From positions 864,001 through 928,000 of the forward strand of contig CAWKBC010000027.1 in assembly GCA_963847705.1 (NCBI GenBank): a DNA stretch of 64,000 nt. Direction: 5' to 3'. Shown piece after piece: positions 19,714 through 31,612 of the stretch. A program made the position numbers and the translations under genes. Source of the DNA: an uncultured Pseudomonadota bacterium (GTDB lineage Bacteria > Myxococcota_A > Polyangia > Fen-1088). The notes under the pieces are model-generated. The model saw only the letters and a list, made by a program, of their open reading frames with translations. It was not told where the DNA came from and ran no database searches. The first letter of the stretch is position 1; every line of letters begins with the position of its first letter.

Positions 19714-20466
19714 GTGCCCAAGAGAAAGATCAGCCCGAAGGAGCTCAAGCGTCCCGACCAGTTCGTGGACTTTTGGTCGCGCACGTCCGCAGCCGTGGGC
19801 AACTACATGTCCTCGCACATGCGGGCGCTGGTCGTCTCCCTGACGGCGCTGACCACGGTCATCGCCGGCTCGGTGGCGCTCAGCCAGGTTTCGGAGCGGC
19901 GGTCGATCAAGGCCGCCGAGGCGCTGGATCGGGTGCAGCGAATGGCCAGCGCCGAGATCGCGACGCCGGGCGCAACCCCGCCCGCGGATGACGGAATCCC
20001 CCACCTGGCGACCGAGAAGGAGCAGCTCGAGGCGGCGCTCAAGGAGCTGGACGGGTCGTTTTCCGGACCTCACGGCACACTGCACGCCGAGGCGATGCTG
20101 GTGCGCGGCAGCCTGCTCCTGAACCTCGATCGCGCGGCCGAGGCGGTCACCAACTACCAGACGTTGCTGGCGGACAACCTGGATCGCCGGCTGCACTTCC
20201 TGGCCGAAGAGGGGCTCGGCTACGGCTACGAGCGCCTCGGGAAGCTCGATGACGCCCAGGCCGCCTTCGTGAAGCTGGGGAGCGATGCCGGCGGCATGGA
20301 GGGGTTCTACAAGGACCGTGCGCTGTTTCACCAGGCCCGCATTGCGGAGCTTCGAAGCAACCCGGCGGACGCGACGCGGATCTATCACGAGGTGCTGGAT
20401 AAGAACCCCACCACCTCGTTGCGCGAGGAGATCACCAATCGCCTCGCCTCGCTCGAGATGAAGTGA
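19714..20466 (+). CDS. YfgM-like membrane-anchored TPR protein
   Basis: KELKRPDQF N-terminus, single TM helix, TPR helices; directly upstream of a BamB-like gene and near der. Confidence 0.75.
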   Translation: MPKRKISPKELKRPDQFVDFWSRTSAAVGNYMSSHMRALVVSLTALTTVIAGSVALSQVSERRSIKAAEALDRVQRMASAEIATPGATPPADDGIPHLATEKEQLEAALKELDGSFSGPHGTLHAEAMLVRGSLLLNLDRAAEAVTNYQTLLADNLDRRLHFLAEEGLGYGYERLGKLDDAQAAFVKLGSDAGGMEGFYKDRALFHQARIAELRSNPADATRIYHEVLDKNPTTSLREEITNRLASLEMK

Positions 20467-21863
20467 CCTGTTTCGTTGGAAGCGGGGACCCTGAGAGGGT
20501 CCCCGTGCCCCCCCGCGAAGGACTGCGCCGCGCAAAGCCCGGCTCCGTCCACTTCGTTGGAAGCGGGGACCCTGAGAGGGTCCCCGTGGCCCCCCGCGAA
20601 GGACTGCGCCGCGCAAAGCCCGGCTCCGTCCACTTCGTTGGAAGCGGGGACCCTGAGAGGGTCCCCGTGCCCCCCCGCGAAGGACTGCGCCGCGCAAAGC
20701 CCGGCTCCGTCCACGCGATCGCTCTCACTTTCGCTCTCACTTTCGCGCTGGCCGCCGTGGCGTCTGGCTGCGCCGCGATGACGGCCCGTCCCGTGGATGG
20801 GGCAGAGGCGCCCCCGCATCCGGCCGGCGTGCTGCAGATGGTCTGGCGGACCACGCTGCACGAGCACGGCCTGTTCGAGCCGGCGCCCGAGGAGTGCGCG
20901 ACCGGCGCGCTCGCCAACGGACACCTGGTGATCGGCTCGCGCGACTCGAGCGTGGTGGGGGTCGCCCCCGACACCGGCCACATCGACTGGGTCAAAGGTG
21001 TCACGGGCGGCGTCGACAGCACGGCTCGCTTCGACCGCGCGCACGGGCAGGTCTACGTCGGCGCTGACGACGGTACGTTCTACGCCTTCGACCCCGCGTC
21101 CGGCGCCATCCGCTGGACCTATCACGGCAAGGGGGCCTTCGAGCGCCCGCCGGAGCTGGGCGCCGATCTGGTCTACGCGGCCAGCGCCACCGATCGCGTG
21201 GTCGCGCTCGATCCAGCAACCGGGAAGTGGCGCTGGCAGTACGAGCGCGAGATGCCAGAGGGGTTCACCATCCACGGCTACGCCGGGCCCCGCCTGCACG
21301 GCAACGACCTCCTGGCCGGCTTTGCCGACGGCTACTTCGTCGCGCTGGGCGCTGCCAACGGCGAGGTCCTCTGGGCGCGCTCGCTGGCCACCGCCTCCGA
21401 GCAGTTCGTCGACGTCGACACCACGCCCGCGCTCCTGGGCGATCTCGCCTACGTGTCCTCCTACTCGGGTGGCCTCTGCGCCGTCGATCTGCACGACGGC
21501 GCCATCAAGTGGCGCCTCCCGGTGGAGGGGGTGGGCGACGTGAGCGCCGTCGACGGGCGCCTCTTCTTCGTGGCGCCCCGGCAGGGGCTACACGCCGCCG
21601 ATCTCGACGGACACGTCATCTGGCGCCAGGGGCTGACCGAGGCAGGCGATCTGACCCAACCGGTGGTCGTCGGGCGCTACCTGATCTTCTCGGGCAGCCG
21701 CGCCGGCCTCTTCATCGTCGATCGAACGACGGGCACGCTCCTCGAGCTCTTCAACCCGGGCCACGGCGTCTGCGCCGCCCCGACCCTCGACGACAAGCGC
21801 CAGCGCCTCTACGTCCTCTCCAACAGCGGTTCCCTCTACGCCCTCGACCTATCCGCCTCCTGA
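20463..21863 (+). CDS. BamB-like PQQ beta-propeller lipoprotein with a repeat-derived N-terminal extension
   Basis: Lipobox ASG-C; repeated GxxxAxDxxTGxxxW blades; GTGA coupling to the upstream stop. The true start may be a GTG inside the third repeat (~20666). Confidence 0.8.
   Translation: MTCFVGSGDPERVPVPPREGLRRAKPGSVHFVGSGDPERVPVAPREGLRRAKPGSVHFVGSGDPERVPVPPREGLRRAKPGSVHAIALTFALTFALAAVASGCAAMTARPVDGAEAPPHPAGVLQMVWRTTLHEHGLFEPAPEECATGALANGHLVIGSRDSSVVGVAPDTGHIDWVKGVTGGVDSTARFDRAHGQVYVGADDGTFYAFDPASGAIRWTYHGKGAFERPPELGADLVYAASATDRVVALDPATGKWRWQYEREMPEGFTIHGYAGPRLHGNDLLAGFADGYFVALGAANGEVLWARSLATASEQFVDVDTTPALLGDLAYVSSYSGGLCAVDLHDGAIKWRLPVEGVGDVSAVDGRLFFVAPRQGLHAADLDGHVIWRQGLTEAGDLTQPVVVGRYLIFSGSRAGLFIVDRTTGTLLELFNPGHGVCAAPTLDDKRQRLYVLSNSGSLYALDLSAS
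20472..20720 (-). repeat. Two-hairpin REP-like element, 3 x 81-bp tandem array (locus A)
   Basis: Units start at 20472, 20553 and 20634 and differ by one substitution. Each contains GCGGGGACCCT-GAG-AGGGTCCCCGT. Confidence 0.95.
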
Positions 21864-21909
21864 GCGGCCGCCGTGGCGGAGCCGACGCTCGCCTCGCGCG
21901 CGGAGTGGG

Positions 21910-22560
21910 CTAAGCGAAGCGGGCGTGGGCGCCCTGGGCTTCGATGCGGCGCACGAGCTCTTTGATCCGCCGGTTGCCCCCGGCGTCGCGCGCTTTCCAT
22001 TCGACGCCGAAGCCGTTCTGGCCGCCCGGATGTCCCTTCCAGCAGACGCGCGCGGAGAGCGGCATCGCCACCTCGGCGCCCGGCGGCGACACCATCAGGA
22101 CCACGTCGAGGGCGGAGGGGAGCGCCTCTTCGGTCTTCACGAACGCTCCGCCGCGCCCGATGTCTCGCAGGACGCCGGCCTTGTCCTCCAGCACACCCGC
22201 CACCTGCCACATCACAGGGAGCTCGACAGGGAGGCGTTGGTGGCGCCGCGCGACCATCTCTTCGGAGTCGCCGCGCGCGACCCCCAGCAGGTAGTCGCGG
22301 GCCTGCGCCTCGGTCTCCAGAAATTCGATGCCGATCCCGGCCTTGATCTTGGTGCTGTGCTTCCCCGGGCGCCGCCAGACCACGCGGCCGCGAATCAGGG
22401 TGGGGCTCCGGCGCCGTCCCAGCCGGATGGCCACCGCCACCGTTTCGCCGATCGCCAGCAGCCGACGTGTCGGGAAAAAGACGCCACCATGCTCGAGCTC
22501 GGGGAGAAACCGCGCCAGAAACGCGGCCCCGGTCGGAAAGTGCGCCTTGAGGATGGTCAT
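21910..22560 (-). CDS. Tandem PilZ-domain protein (myxobacterial TIGR02266-like)
   Basis: GGVFFPT..GRVVW..GIGIEF first domain; RRHQR and DIGRGGAFV c-di-GMP-type motifs in the second. ATG 22560 chosen as start. Confidence 0.85.
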   Translation of the reverse strand: MTILKAHFPTGAAFLARFLPELEHGGVFFPTRRLLAIGETVAVAIRLGRRRSPTLIRGRVVWRRPGKHSTKIKAGIGIEFLETEAQARDYLLGVARGDSEEMVARRHQRLPVELPVMWQVAGVLEDKAGVLRDIGRGGAFVKTEEALPSALDVVLMVSPPGAEVAMPLSARVCWKGHPGGQNGFGVEWKARDAGGNRRIKELVRRIEAQGAHARFA

Positions 22561-22632
22561 GTGGGGAATTGAAGGTTCTATCGTATTACGAAGAAGAGAA
22601 GTTTTGTAAAGTGCATTGCAGAGACGCGCTGC

Positions 22633-25561
<2,929 letters not shown>

Positions 25562-25572
25562 AAGGTTATTGT

Positions 25573-25646
25573 ATCGCGTCGAGCGTAGCGCGGCTCCCCC
25601 GCGCGGAGCTCATCGCGGGGGGTGTGGGACCCTCCCAGGGTCCCAC
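25573..25646 (+). repeat. Two-hairpin REP-like element (locus B)
   Basis: ATCGCGT-c-GAGC GTA GCGCGG ctccc CCGCGC GGA GCTC-ATCGCGGGGGGT-GTGGGACCCT ccc AGGGTCCCAC. Confidence 0.88.
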
Positions 25647-26161
25647 TACTGATCGAGGCCGCGGTTGCGCTTGATCTGATCCAGGACCTTGCCGTACTCG
25701 ACCTCCCAGGTGGAGGTTCCTTCTTCAAGGTTCTTGATCCGGCGCCGCACTTCTTCGTCCAGCTCTTCGTCGACCTGCATGTGCTTCTTGAGGATGTCGC
25801 TCATCCGCTTTCGCAGGACGGTGTCCTCGACGTAAATCTCCTCGACGTGGGGGGACTGCATGAACGACTCGATCATCTGCGTCGTCATCCACTCGAGCCC
25901 GTCCTCACCCAGCCCGAAGGCCTTCTCGCCGGCCAGCGTGCGCTTGATCTTCCCGAATTGCTCGTAGGGGAGGTTCTTCTTCTGCAAGAGGTCCTTGGCC
26001 TTCTCCGTGATCTCGCGATCGAGACGCACGTATTCCTTGAGGACTGCTTGGACGTCCATCTCGGCCTCGCCACGGTCGGTGACTTCGATGTCCCCCGCCT
26101 CGGCCAAGCTCTTGACGATCTCCGTCCCGATGAGGGGAATCTTTCCGCTGTAAAGCCGCAT
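25646..26161 (-). CDS. DUF507 family protein
   Basis: MRLYSGKIP N-terminus and LDEEVRRRIKNLEEGTSTWEVEY..KRNRGL C-terminus; acidic helical protein with normal codon bias. Confidence 0.75.
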   Translation of the reverse strand: MRLYSGKIPLIGTEIVKSLAEAGDIEVTDRGEAEMDVQAVLKEYVRLDREITEKAKDLLQKKNLPYEQFGKIKRTLAGEKAFGLGEDGLEWMTTQMIESFMQSPHVEEIYVEDTVLRKRMSDILKKHMQVDEELDEEVRRRIKNLEEGTSTWEVEYGKVLDQIKRNRGLDQ

Positions 26162-26242
26162 CTTCTAAGCGCCTTATAGGGGTGCCATCGAGGACAGTCA
26201 AGGTTCGCGACCCGATGAAATCGTGTCAAACTCGCCGGCGGC

Positions 26243-26953
26243 GTGTTCCTTCCGCTCCGTGACGACAATCCGCGCACACGATTTCCCGCGGCGACCCTCT
26301 TGCTGATCGCGGCAAACGTGGTCGCTTTTCTCTTCGAGCTGTCCCTGAGCGCACGCGGGCAGAAGCTGCTCACCCTGGAGGCGGGGGCGATCCCGTTCGA
26401 GATCGTCCACCACGTCGACATCCACCCGCAGAACCTGCTGCCGCTCCCCGGTTCGATCTGGACGTCGATGTTCCTGCACGGCGGCTGGATGCACCTCATC
26501 GGCAACATGTGGTTCCTCTGGGTCTTCGGCGACAACGTCGAGGAAGCGATGGGGTCGATCCGTTACCTCTTCTTCTATTTCCTGGTGGGGACGGTGGGCG
26601 CGCTGGCGCAGTGCTACAGCATGCCCAACTCGACCGAGCCGATGATCGGGGCCTCGGGCGCCATCGCCGGCGTGCTCGGCGGCTATCTGATGCTCTACCC
26701 AAGGGCGCGCATCGCGACGCTGGTGATGATCCCCTTCCTCTGGCCGGTCGTGCCGGTGCCGGCCTGGATCTTCCTCAGCGGCTGGTTCCTCGTGCAGTTC
26801 GCGGTGCCGAGCGGCTCGGGCATCGCCTGGATGGCGCACGTGGGCGGTTTCCTGGCCGGCCTCGGGACGGTGCGGTTGCTCGCCCGCACCCGCCGCGGCC
26901 CCCCCACCGCACCAGTCGAGTACATTCCACCTCCGCGCCGCGCCTCCTGGTGA
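26243..26953 (+). CDS. Rhomboid intramembrane serine protease
   Basis: SMFLHGGWMHLIGNM, catalytic GASG and AHVGG motifs. Confidence 0.95.
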   Translation: MFLPLRDDNPRTRFPAATLLLIAANVVAFLFELSLSARGQKLLTLEAGAIPFEIVHHVDIHPQNLLPLPGSIWTSMFLHGGWMHLIGNMWFLWVFGDNVEEAMGSIRYLFFYFLVGTVGALAQCYSMPNSTEPMIGASGAIAGVLGGYLMLYPRARIATLVMIPFLWPVVPVPAWIFLSGWFLVQFAVPSGSGIAWMAHVGGFLAGLGTVRLLARTRRGPPTAPVEYIPPPRRASW

Positions 26954-26982
26954 CCCCTCGCCACACGGACGCGACTCCGTGC

Positions 26983-27010
26983 TTGACAGCGACGCCCCTA
27001 CGCGCAAAAT
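26983..27010 (+). promoter_or_regulatory. sigma70-type stable-RNA promoter for tRNA-Met
   Basis: TTGACA-16 nt-CAAAAT followed by a GC-rich discriminator (CGCGCCCC). Confidence 0.6.
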
Positions 27011-27048
27011 CGCGCCCCGAAAGAAACTCACGTTGGGTTCCGGAATAG

Positions 27049-27122
27049 ATCGCGTCGGGGGAGAGACGGCTTTGCCGGCTCGAGCCCATCGCGGGAGGTT
27101 CGGAACCCTTTGAGGGTTCCGA
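27049..27122 (+). repeat. Two-hairpin REP-like element (locus C, tRNA leader)
   Basis: ATCGCGT tag; CGGC-TTT-GCCG hairpin; ATCGCGGGAGG; TCGGAACCCT-TTG-AGGGTTCCGA. Confidence 0.88.
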
Positions 27123-27131
27123 GTAGAAATT

Positions 27132-27205
27132 GGCGGATTAGCTCAGCTGGTTAGAGCAGGCGTTTCATACGCGCCGGGTCCGGGGTTCGAGTCCCTGATC
27201 CGCCA
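27132..27205 (+). tRNA. tRNA-Met(CAT), elongator type; CCA not encoded
   Basis: Cloverleaf: acceptor GGCGGAT/ATCCGCC, D arm GCTC/GAGC, anticodon arm GGCGT-TTCATAC-GCGCC, T loop TTCGAGT, discriminator A. The G1:C72 pair argues against an initiator; Ile2 is not fully excluded. Confidence 0.95.
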
Positions 27206-27222
27206 CGACAAGAGGAAAAATA

Positions 27223-27295
27223 ATCGCGTGGGGGGAGGGACGGCTTCGCCGGCCCGAGCCCGTCGCGGGGGGAGCGGGACCCTCTCAGGGTCCCG
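27223..27295 (+). repeat. Two-hairpin REP-like element (locus D, tRNA trailer)
   Basis: ATCGCGT tag; CGGC-TTC-GCCG hairpin; GTCGCGGGGGG; CGGGACCCT-CTC-AGGGTCCCG. Confidence 0.88.
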
Positions 27296-27302
27296 AACAA
27301 AA

Positions 27303-27659
27303 ATGAAGCGAGTCGACAAGCCCTGGGGGCATGAAGTGATCTGGGCGGTGACCGACCGTTACGTCGGGAAGGTGCTGCACATCAAGGCAGGGCAGAAGCT
27401 CTCGCTGCAGTACCACCAGAAGAAGGACGAGACCGTGATGGTCTGGTCCGGGCGCATGAACTTCGAGCACTTCGTCGAGGGGCAACCTCCGCAGGTTCGG
27501 GAGATGGGCCCGGGCGAGGCCTTCCACGTCACGCCGGGGCTGCGCCACCGGATGATCGCCATCGAGGACACCGACGTCTTCGAGGTGTCGACCACCGAGC
27601 TCGATGACGTGGTCCGCCTGGAAGACGCCTACGGCCGCCAAGGAACGTCGAAGGCCTGA
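27303..27659 (+). CDS. Cupin domain protein (mannose-6-phosphate isomerase C-terminal-like)
   Basis: MKRVDKPWG, LSLQYH..KDET, HVTPGLRHR, EVST..DDVVRLED.YGR. ATG 27303 is preferred over the repeat-derived GTG 27228. Confidence 0.9.
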   Translation: MKRVDKPWGHEVIWAVTDRYVGKVLHIKAGQKLSLQYHQKKDETVMVWSGRMNFEHFVEGQPPQVREMGPGEAFHVTPGLRHRMIAIEDTDVFEVSTTELDDVVRLEDAYGRQGTSKA

Positions 27660-27744
27660 CGTCGAAGGCTCGACGGCCCGAACGCGCTTTGAGGCACCGA
27701 CGCCTTGACGGCGCGGCGACTGACGAGCTAAACCCCACCTCCTC

Positions 27745-28311
27745 ATGTACGACACGTCCGACATCCGCAAGGGTTTGAAGATCATGATCGACGGCTCGCC
27801 TTACACCGTCGTCGAGTTCCAGTTCGTCAAACCGGGGAAGGGCGCGGCCTTCACGCGCACCAAGATGAAGAACCTCCTCACGGGCGGCGTCCTCGAGCGC
27901 AACCTGCGCTCGGGCGAGCGCCTCGAGCCGGCGGATGTCGAGACCAAGACGATGCAGTACCTCTACGCCGACGCCGATTCGTTCGTCTTCATGGATACGA
28001 CGACGTACGACCAGGTGCAGATCCCGCGCGACACCATCGGTGACTCGGCCGGCTTCATGCCGGAGAACACCAACGTCGAGGTGCTGTTCTTCAACGGACG
28101 CGCCGTCGGCGTGACGCTCCCCAACTTCATCGAGCAGGCGGTGGTCGAGGCGGACCCGGGCTTCCGCGGCGACACCGCCACCGGCGCCACCAAGCCGGCC
28201 AAGATCTCCACCGGCGCCAGCGTCAACGTGCCGCTCTTCATCAACGTCGGCGACGTCATCAAGATCGACACGCGCACCGGGCAGTACCTCGAGCGTCTCA
28301 GCCGCGCCTAG
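27745..28311 (+). CDS. efp: Elongation factor P
   Basis: VKPGKGAAF loop (Lys type), GDTATGATKPA, VPLFI..GD.IKIDTRTG.Y. Confidence 0.98.
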   Translation: MYDTSDIRKGLKIMIDGSPYTVVEFQFVKPGKGAAFTRTKMKNLLTGGVLERNLRSGERLEPADVETKTMQYLYADADSFVFMDTTTYDQVQIPRDTIGDSAGFMPENTNVEVLFFNGRAVGVTLPNFIEQAVVEADPGFRGDTATGATKPAKISTGASVNVPLFINVGDVIKIDTRTGQYLERLSRA

Positions 28312-28322
28312 CGGCTCCCGCC

Positions 28323-29276
28323 ATGTCAGCGACGCGCTCAGCGCTCGAAGCGCGGGGTCGCATCGTGCGCGCGGTGCGCGCCTGGTTCGAGCGGGAAGGG
28401 TTCCTCGAGGTCTCCACGCCGGCGCGCGTTCGCTCGCCGGGGCAGGAGGTGCACCTCGACGCGATCCCCGCCGGCCAAACCGGCGGCCAGGCCCACTGGC
28501 TGATCACCTCGCCCGAGTACCACCTCAAGCGTCTGGTCGCCGACGGCATCTCGCCCATCTTCGAGATCTGCCGGTGCTGGCGCGCCGAGGAGTCAGGTCC
28601 GCACCACCGGACCGAGTTCACCATGCTCGAGTGGTACCGCGCGAACGCACCGCTCGAGGTGCTGGCCGCCGACTGTGAGGCGCTGCTCGCGGTGGCCGTC
28701 CAGGCCGCGGGGCGCGATCCGCTGGGGCTCGGCCTGGTCGCCCCGTTCCCGCGGACCACCGTGCGCGAGCTGTTCGCGCGGCACGCCGGCTTCTCGCTGA
28801 CGGGGGCCGAGACAGCCACGGAGCTTCGCGCCGCCGCGGAGGGCGCCGGCGTCAGCGTCGGCGCGGCGACGGCCTGGGACGACATCTTCTATCAAGTGTT
28901 CCTCGATCGCATCGAACCGGAGCTGGCCAGGTCGGGGCCGACGTTCGTCTTCGACTGGCCGGCGCCGCTGGGCGCTCTGGCGCGGCCGCACCCGCGCGAT
29001 CCGCGCCTGGTGGAGCGGTTCGAGCTCTACGCCGGGGGCCTCGAGCTGGCCAACGCGTTCGGCGAGCTGACCGACCCGGTCGAGCAGCGCCGGCGGTTCG
29101 AGGAGGAGGCCGGGATCCGGGCCGCCCGCGGCAAGGCGGTCTACCCGATCGACGAGGCGCTGCTGGCGGCGCTGCCGCAGATGCCGCCCACCGCAGGAAT
29201 CGCCCTTGGTCTCGACCGGTTGATCATGCTGGCGACCGGCGCCCGCGACATCTCGGAGGTCCAGGCGTTCTACTGA
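28323..29276 (+). CDS. epmA: EF-P lysine aminoacylase EpmA (GenX/PoxA)
   Basis: LITSPEYHLKRL, HH.TEFTMLEWY, ERFELY..GLELANAFGELTD, GIALGLDRL; no anticodon-binding domain; adjacent to efp. Confidence 0.95.
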   Translation: MSATRSALEARGRIVRAVRAWFEREGFLEVSTPARVRSPGQEVHLDAIPAGQTGGQAHWLITSPEYHLKRLVADGISPIFEICRCWRAEESGPHHRTEFTMLEWYRANAPLEVLAADCEALLAVAVQAAGRDPLGLGLVAPFPRTTVRELFARHAGFSLTGAETATELRAAAEGAGVSVGAATAWDDIFYQVFLDRIEPELARSGPTFVFDWPAPLGALARPHPRDPRLVERFELYAGGLELANAFGELTDPVEQRRRFEEEAGIRAARGKAVYPIDEALLAALPQMPPTAGIALGLDRLIMLATGARDISEVQAFY

Positions 29277-29352
29277 AGGACCCTCGGGAGGGTCCTTTTG
29301 AATCCCCCGCGACGAGCGCCATCGGGCAGAAGCCCATCGGCGCTCAGGCGAC
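29276..29352 (-). repeat. Two-hairpin REP-like element (locus E)
   Basis: Minus strand: GTCGCCT-GAGCGCC GAT GGGC ttct GCCC GAT GGCGCTC-GTCGCGGGGG..AAGGACCCTC cc GAGGGTCCTT. Confidence 0.82.
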
Positions 29353-29421
29353 CCAGGCGCATAAACCTTGCCCGTTTTTAGCTTCCCTGCTAGACGTTTG
29401 CCCCGGCTGGAGGCCCTCTTC

Positions 29422-29784
29422 GTGACTCAATTCCTAAATGGTCTGGCGCAAGCTGCTCCTGGTGGAGGCAGTTCGCCGTTGACGCAGTTCGTTCCCCTCA
29501 TCGCGATCTTCGCAATCTTCTACTTCCTGGTGCTGCGCCCGCAGTCCAAGAAGGCCAAGGATCACCAGAAGATGCTGTCGGAGCTGAAGAAGGGGGACGA
29601 CGTCTCCACGCAGGGCGGGATCATCGGCCGGATCACCGGCATCAAGGACAACGAGGTGACGCTCCAGGTTCAGGAGGGCGTCCGCGTCCGATTCCTCCGC
29701 AGCGCCATCACCGGCGTCTACACCGGGGACGTGCCCGCGCCCAAGTCCGACAAGACCGACAAGTCGGAAGTCAAAGCGTCGTAG
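29422..29784 (+). CDS. yajC: Preprotein translocase subunit YajC
   Basis: IFYFLVLRPQ.KK.K.HQ.ML.ELKKGD.V.T.GGI.G; start chosen at GTG 29422. Confidence 0.95.
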   Translation: MTQFLNGLAQAAPGGGSSPLTQFVPLIAIFAIFYFLVLRPQSKKAKDHQKMLSELKKGDDVSTQGGIIGRITGIKDNEVTLQVQEGVRVRFLRSAITGVYTGDVPAPKSDKTDKSEVKAS

Positions 29785-29817
29785 CTCGACGCTCGCCACA
29801 GACGGACAAGCGATCTC

Positions 29818-31605
29818 ATGGAACGATCTTGGTGGTGGAAGGCGGCCCTCTACGGGTTCGTCACCGTGGTGGCCGTCCTCTATCTGATCCCGACGGTCGT
29901 CCCGGACGATAAGCAGCCGGCTTTCATCCAGAAGCACTTCCAGAAGCGGATTCAGCTGGGGCTCGATCTCCAGGGCGGTCTGCACCTGGTCTACGAGGTG
30001 AACGTCGACAAGGCGGTGGCCGGCAAGGTCGACCGCCTGGCCTCGGACATCGAGGATCGGCTGCACAAGGACAAGGGGACGAACGATCTCGTCGTCAGCC
30101 GCGAGGGGCGCGACGACATCGTGCTCACCTTCAAGCCGCCGTCGGACGAGACCAAGCTGGACGACGCGATCCTCAAGGACTACCGCAAGACGCTGGACAT
30201 CGTGAGCCGCGACGCCACGACCGGGGTGGTGCGGCTGCGCCTCGATCCCGACCAGGTGGAAGAGGTGCGGGACTACGCCCTCCGCCAGGGGATCGAGACG
30301 ATTCGCGGGCGCGTCGACAAGTTCGGCGTCTCCGAGCCCACCATCATCAAGAAGGGGACCGACATCATCGTCGAGCTCCCGGGGCTGAAGTCGGCCGACT
30401 TCGAGCGGATCAAGTCGATCATCGGCCGCACCGCGCAGCTCGAGTTCAAGATCGTCGACGACGGCTCGGACTACATGAAGAAGGTCGCGGCGTCCGTGCC
30501 CAAGAACGCCGGCATCGACGTGGTCCCCGAGTCCTGGACCGAGAAGGATTCGGGCAAGCCGCACGAGGACGTGACGCTCCGCTCGAAGAGCCGCGACACG
30601 CTGATGAAGTTCTTCGACGGCCTCACCGGCGAGCTGGCCGTCCCCCCCGATCACGAGATCGGCTACGAGGAGACGCAGGGGCACAACGAGAACGGCGAAG
30701 CGACGCCCGATCGTTACTGGCGCACCTACTACATGCACAAGCGGGCCCCGCTGACCGGCGAGTATCTGTCGAACGCCGACCAGACCTGGGATCAGCAGAC
30801 TGGCCGCCCGGAGGTCTCGTTCGAGTTCGACCGCCAGGGGGCGGCCATCTCCGAGCGGATGACCGGCGACAACATCGGCCGCAAGATGGCCATCCTCCTC
30901 GACGACAAGATCAACAGCGCGCCGGTCATCGAGGGGCGCATCGGGGCGCGCGGCCGCATCACGCTGGGCGGCTTCGGCGATCCGTTTGCCCTTCAGCAGG
31001 AGGCCAAGGATCTGGTGGCGGTGCTCCGCTCGGGGGCGCTGCCGGCGCCGCTGCGCAAGACGTTCGAGACCCAGGTGGGGCCGACGATGGGGCGCGACTC
31101 GGTGGAGAAGGCCAAGTTCTCCATGTACATCGGGGCCGCGGCCGTCGTCCTCTTCATGCTCATCTACTACCGGCTGTCGGGAATCATCGCCGTCGTGGCC
31201 ATGATCCTGAACCTGCTCTACATGATCGCGATTCTGGCCGCCTTCGAGGCGTCGCTGACGCTGCCAGGGATCGCCGGGCTGGTGTTGACCATCGGCATGG
31301 CGGTCGACGCCAACATCATCATCTACGAGCGCATCCGGGAAGAGCTGCGCCTCGGCAAGTCGGTGCGCACCGCGGTCGACACCGGGTTCGCCCGCGCCTT
31401 CTGGACCGTGTTCGACGCGCACGTGACCAACTTCGTGGCCGGCGTCGTCCTCTACTCGTATGGGTCGGGGCCGATCCGGGGCTTCGCCGTGACCTTGCTG
31501 GTCGGCATCGTCACCAACCTCTTCACCTCCTACTGGCTGTCGCACTGGATGTTCGACGGCGTGGTGGGGCGCCGGGGCGCCGCGCGCGCCACCCTGTCGA
31601 TCTGA
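29818..31605 (+). CDS. secD: Protein translocase subunit SecD
   Basis: LGLDLQGG, RVDKFGVSEP, LRSGALPAP, LTLPGIAGLVLTIGMAVDANIIIYERIREE. Confidence 0.98.
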   Translation: MERSWWWKAALYGFVTVVAVLYLIPTVVPDDKQPAFIQKHFQKRIQLGLDLQGGLHLVYEVNVDKAVAGKVDRLASDIEDRLHKDKGTNDLVVSREGRDDIVLTFKPPSDETKLDDAILKDYRKTLDIVSRDATTGVVRLRLDPDQVEEVRDYALRQGIETIRGRVDKFGVSEPTIIKKGTDIIVELPGLKSADFERIKSIIGRTAQLEFKIVDDGSDYMKKVAASVPKNAGIDVVPESWTEKDSGKPHEDVTLRSKSRDTLMKFFDGLTGELAVPPDHEIGYEETQGHNENGEATPDRYWRTYYMHKRAPLTGEYLSNADQTWDQQTGRPEVSFEFDRQGAAISERMTGDNIGRKMAILLDDKINSAPVIEGRIGARGRITLGGFGDPFALQQEAKDLVAVLRSGALPAPLRKTFETQVGPTMGRDSVEKAKFSMYIGAAAVVLFMLIYYRLSGIIAVVAMILNLLYMIAILAAFEASLTLPGIAGLVLTIGMAVDANIIIYERIREELRLGKSVRTAVDTGFARAFWTVFDAHVTNFVAGVVLYSYGSGPIRGFAVTLLVGIVTNLFTSYWLSHWMFDGVVGRRGAARATLSI

Positions 31606-31612
31606 GGACGTG

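Noticed and set aside
20485-20525. Hammerhead ribozyme suggested by CTGAGAG...CGAA in the repeat
   Set aside because: Does not fit CUGAnGA...GAAA. These bases form the variable loop of hairpin 2 and are not conserved in the other copies.
20472-20714. Possible CRISPR arrays (also 60310-60548)
   Set aside because: Units are whole 80-81-bp near-identical tandem copies with no unique spacers, and there are no cas genes in the window.
26243-26953. Rhomboid as the sorting protease for the MYXO-CTERM protein
   Set aside because: Rhombosortases act on GlyGly-CTERM, and MYXO-CTERM is linked to CPBP-family proteases. The genes are also 28 kb apart.
27132-27300. tRNA as the attachment site of a genomic island
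   Set aside because: No integrase, no duplicated tRNA 3' end seen, and the flanking genes are housekeeping with uniform composition.
27228-27302. N-terminal extension of the cupin ORF
   Set aside because: It is the repeat element read in frame; the cupin family pattern begins at MKRVDKPWG (27303).
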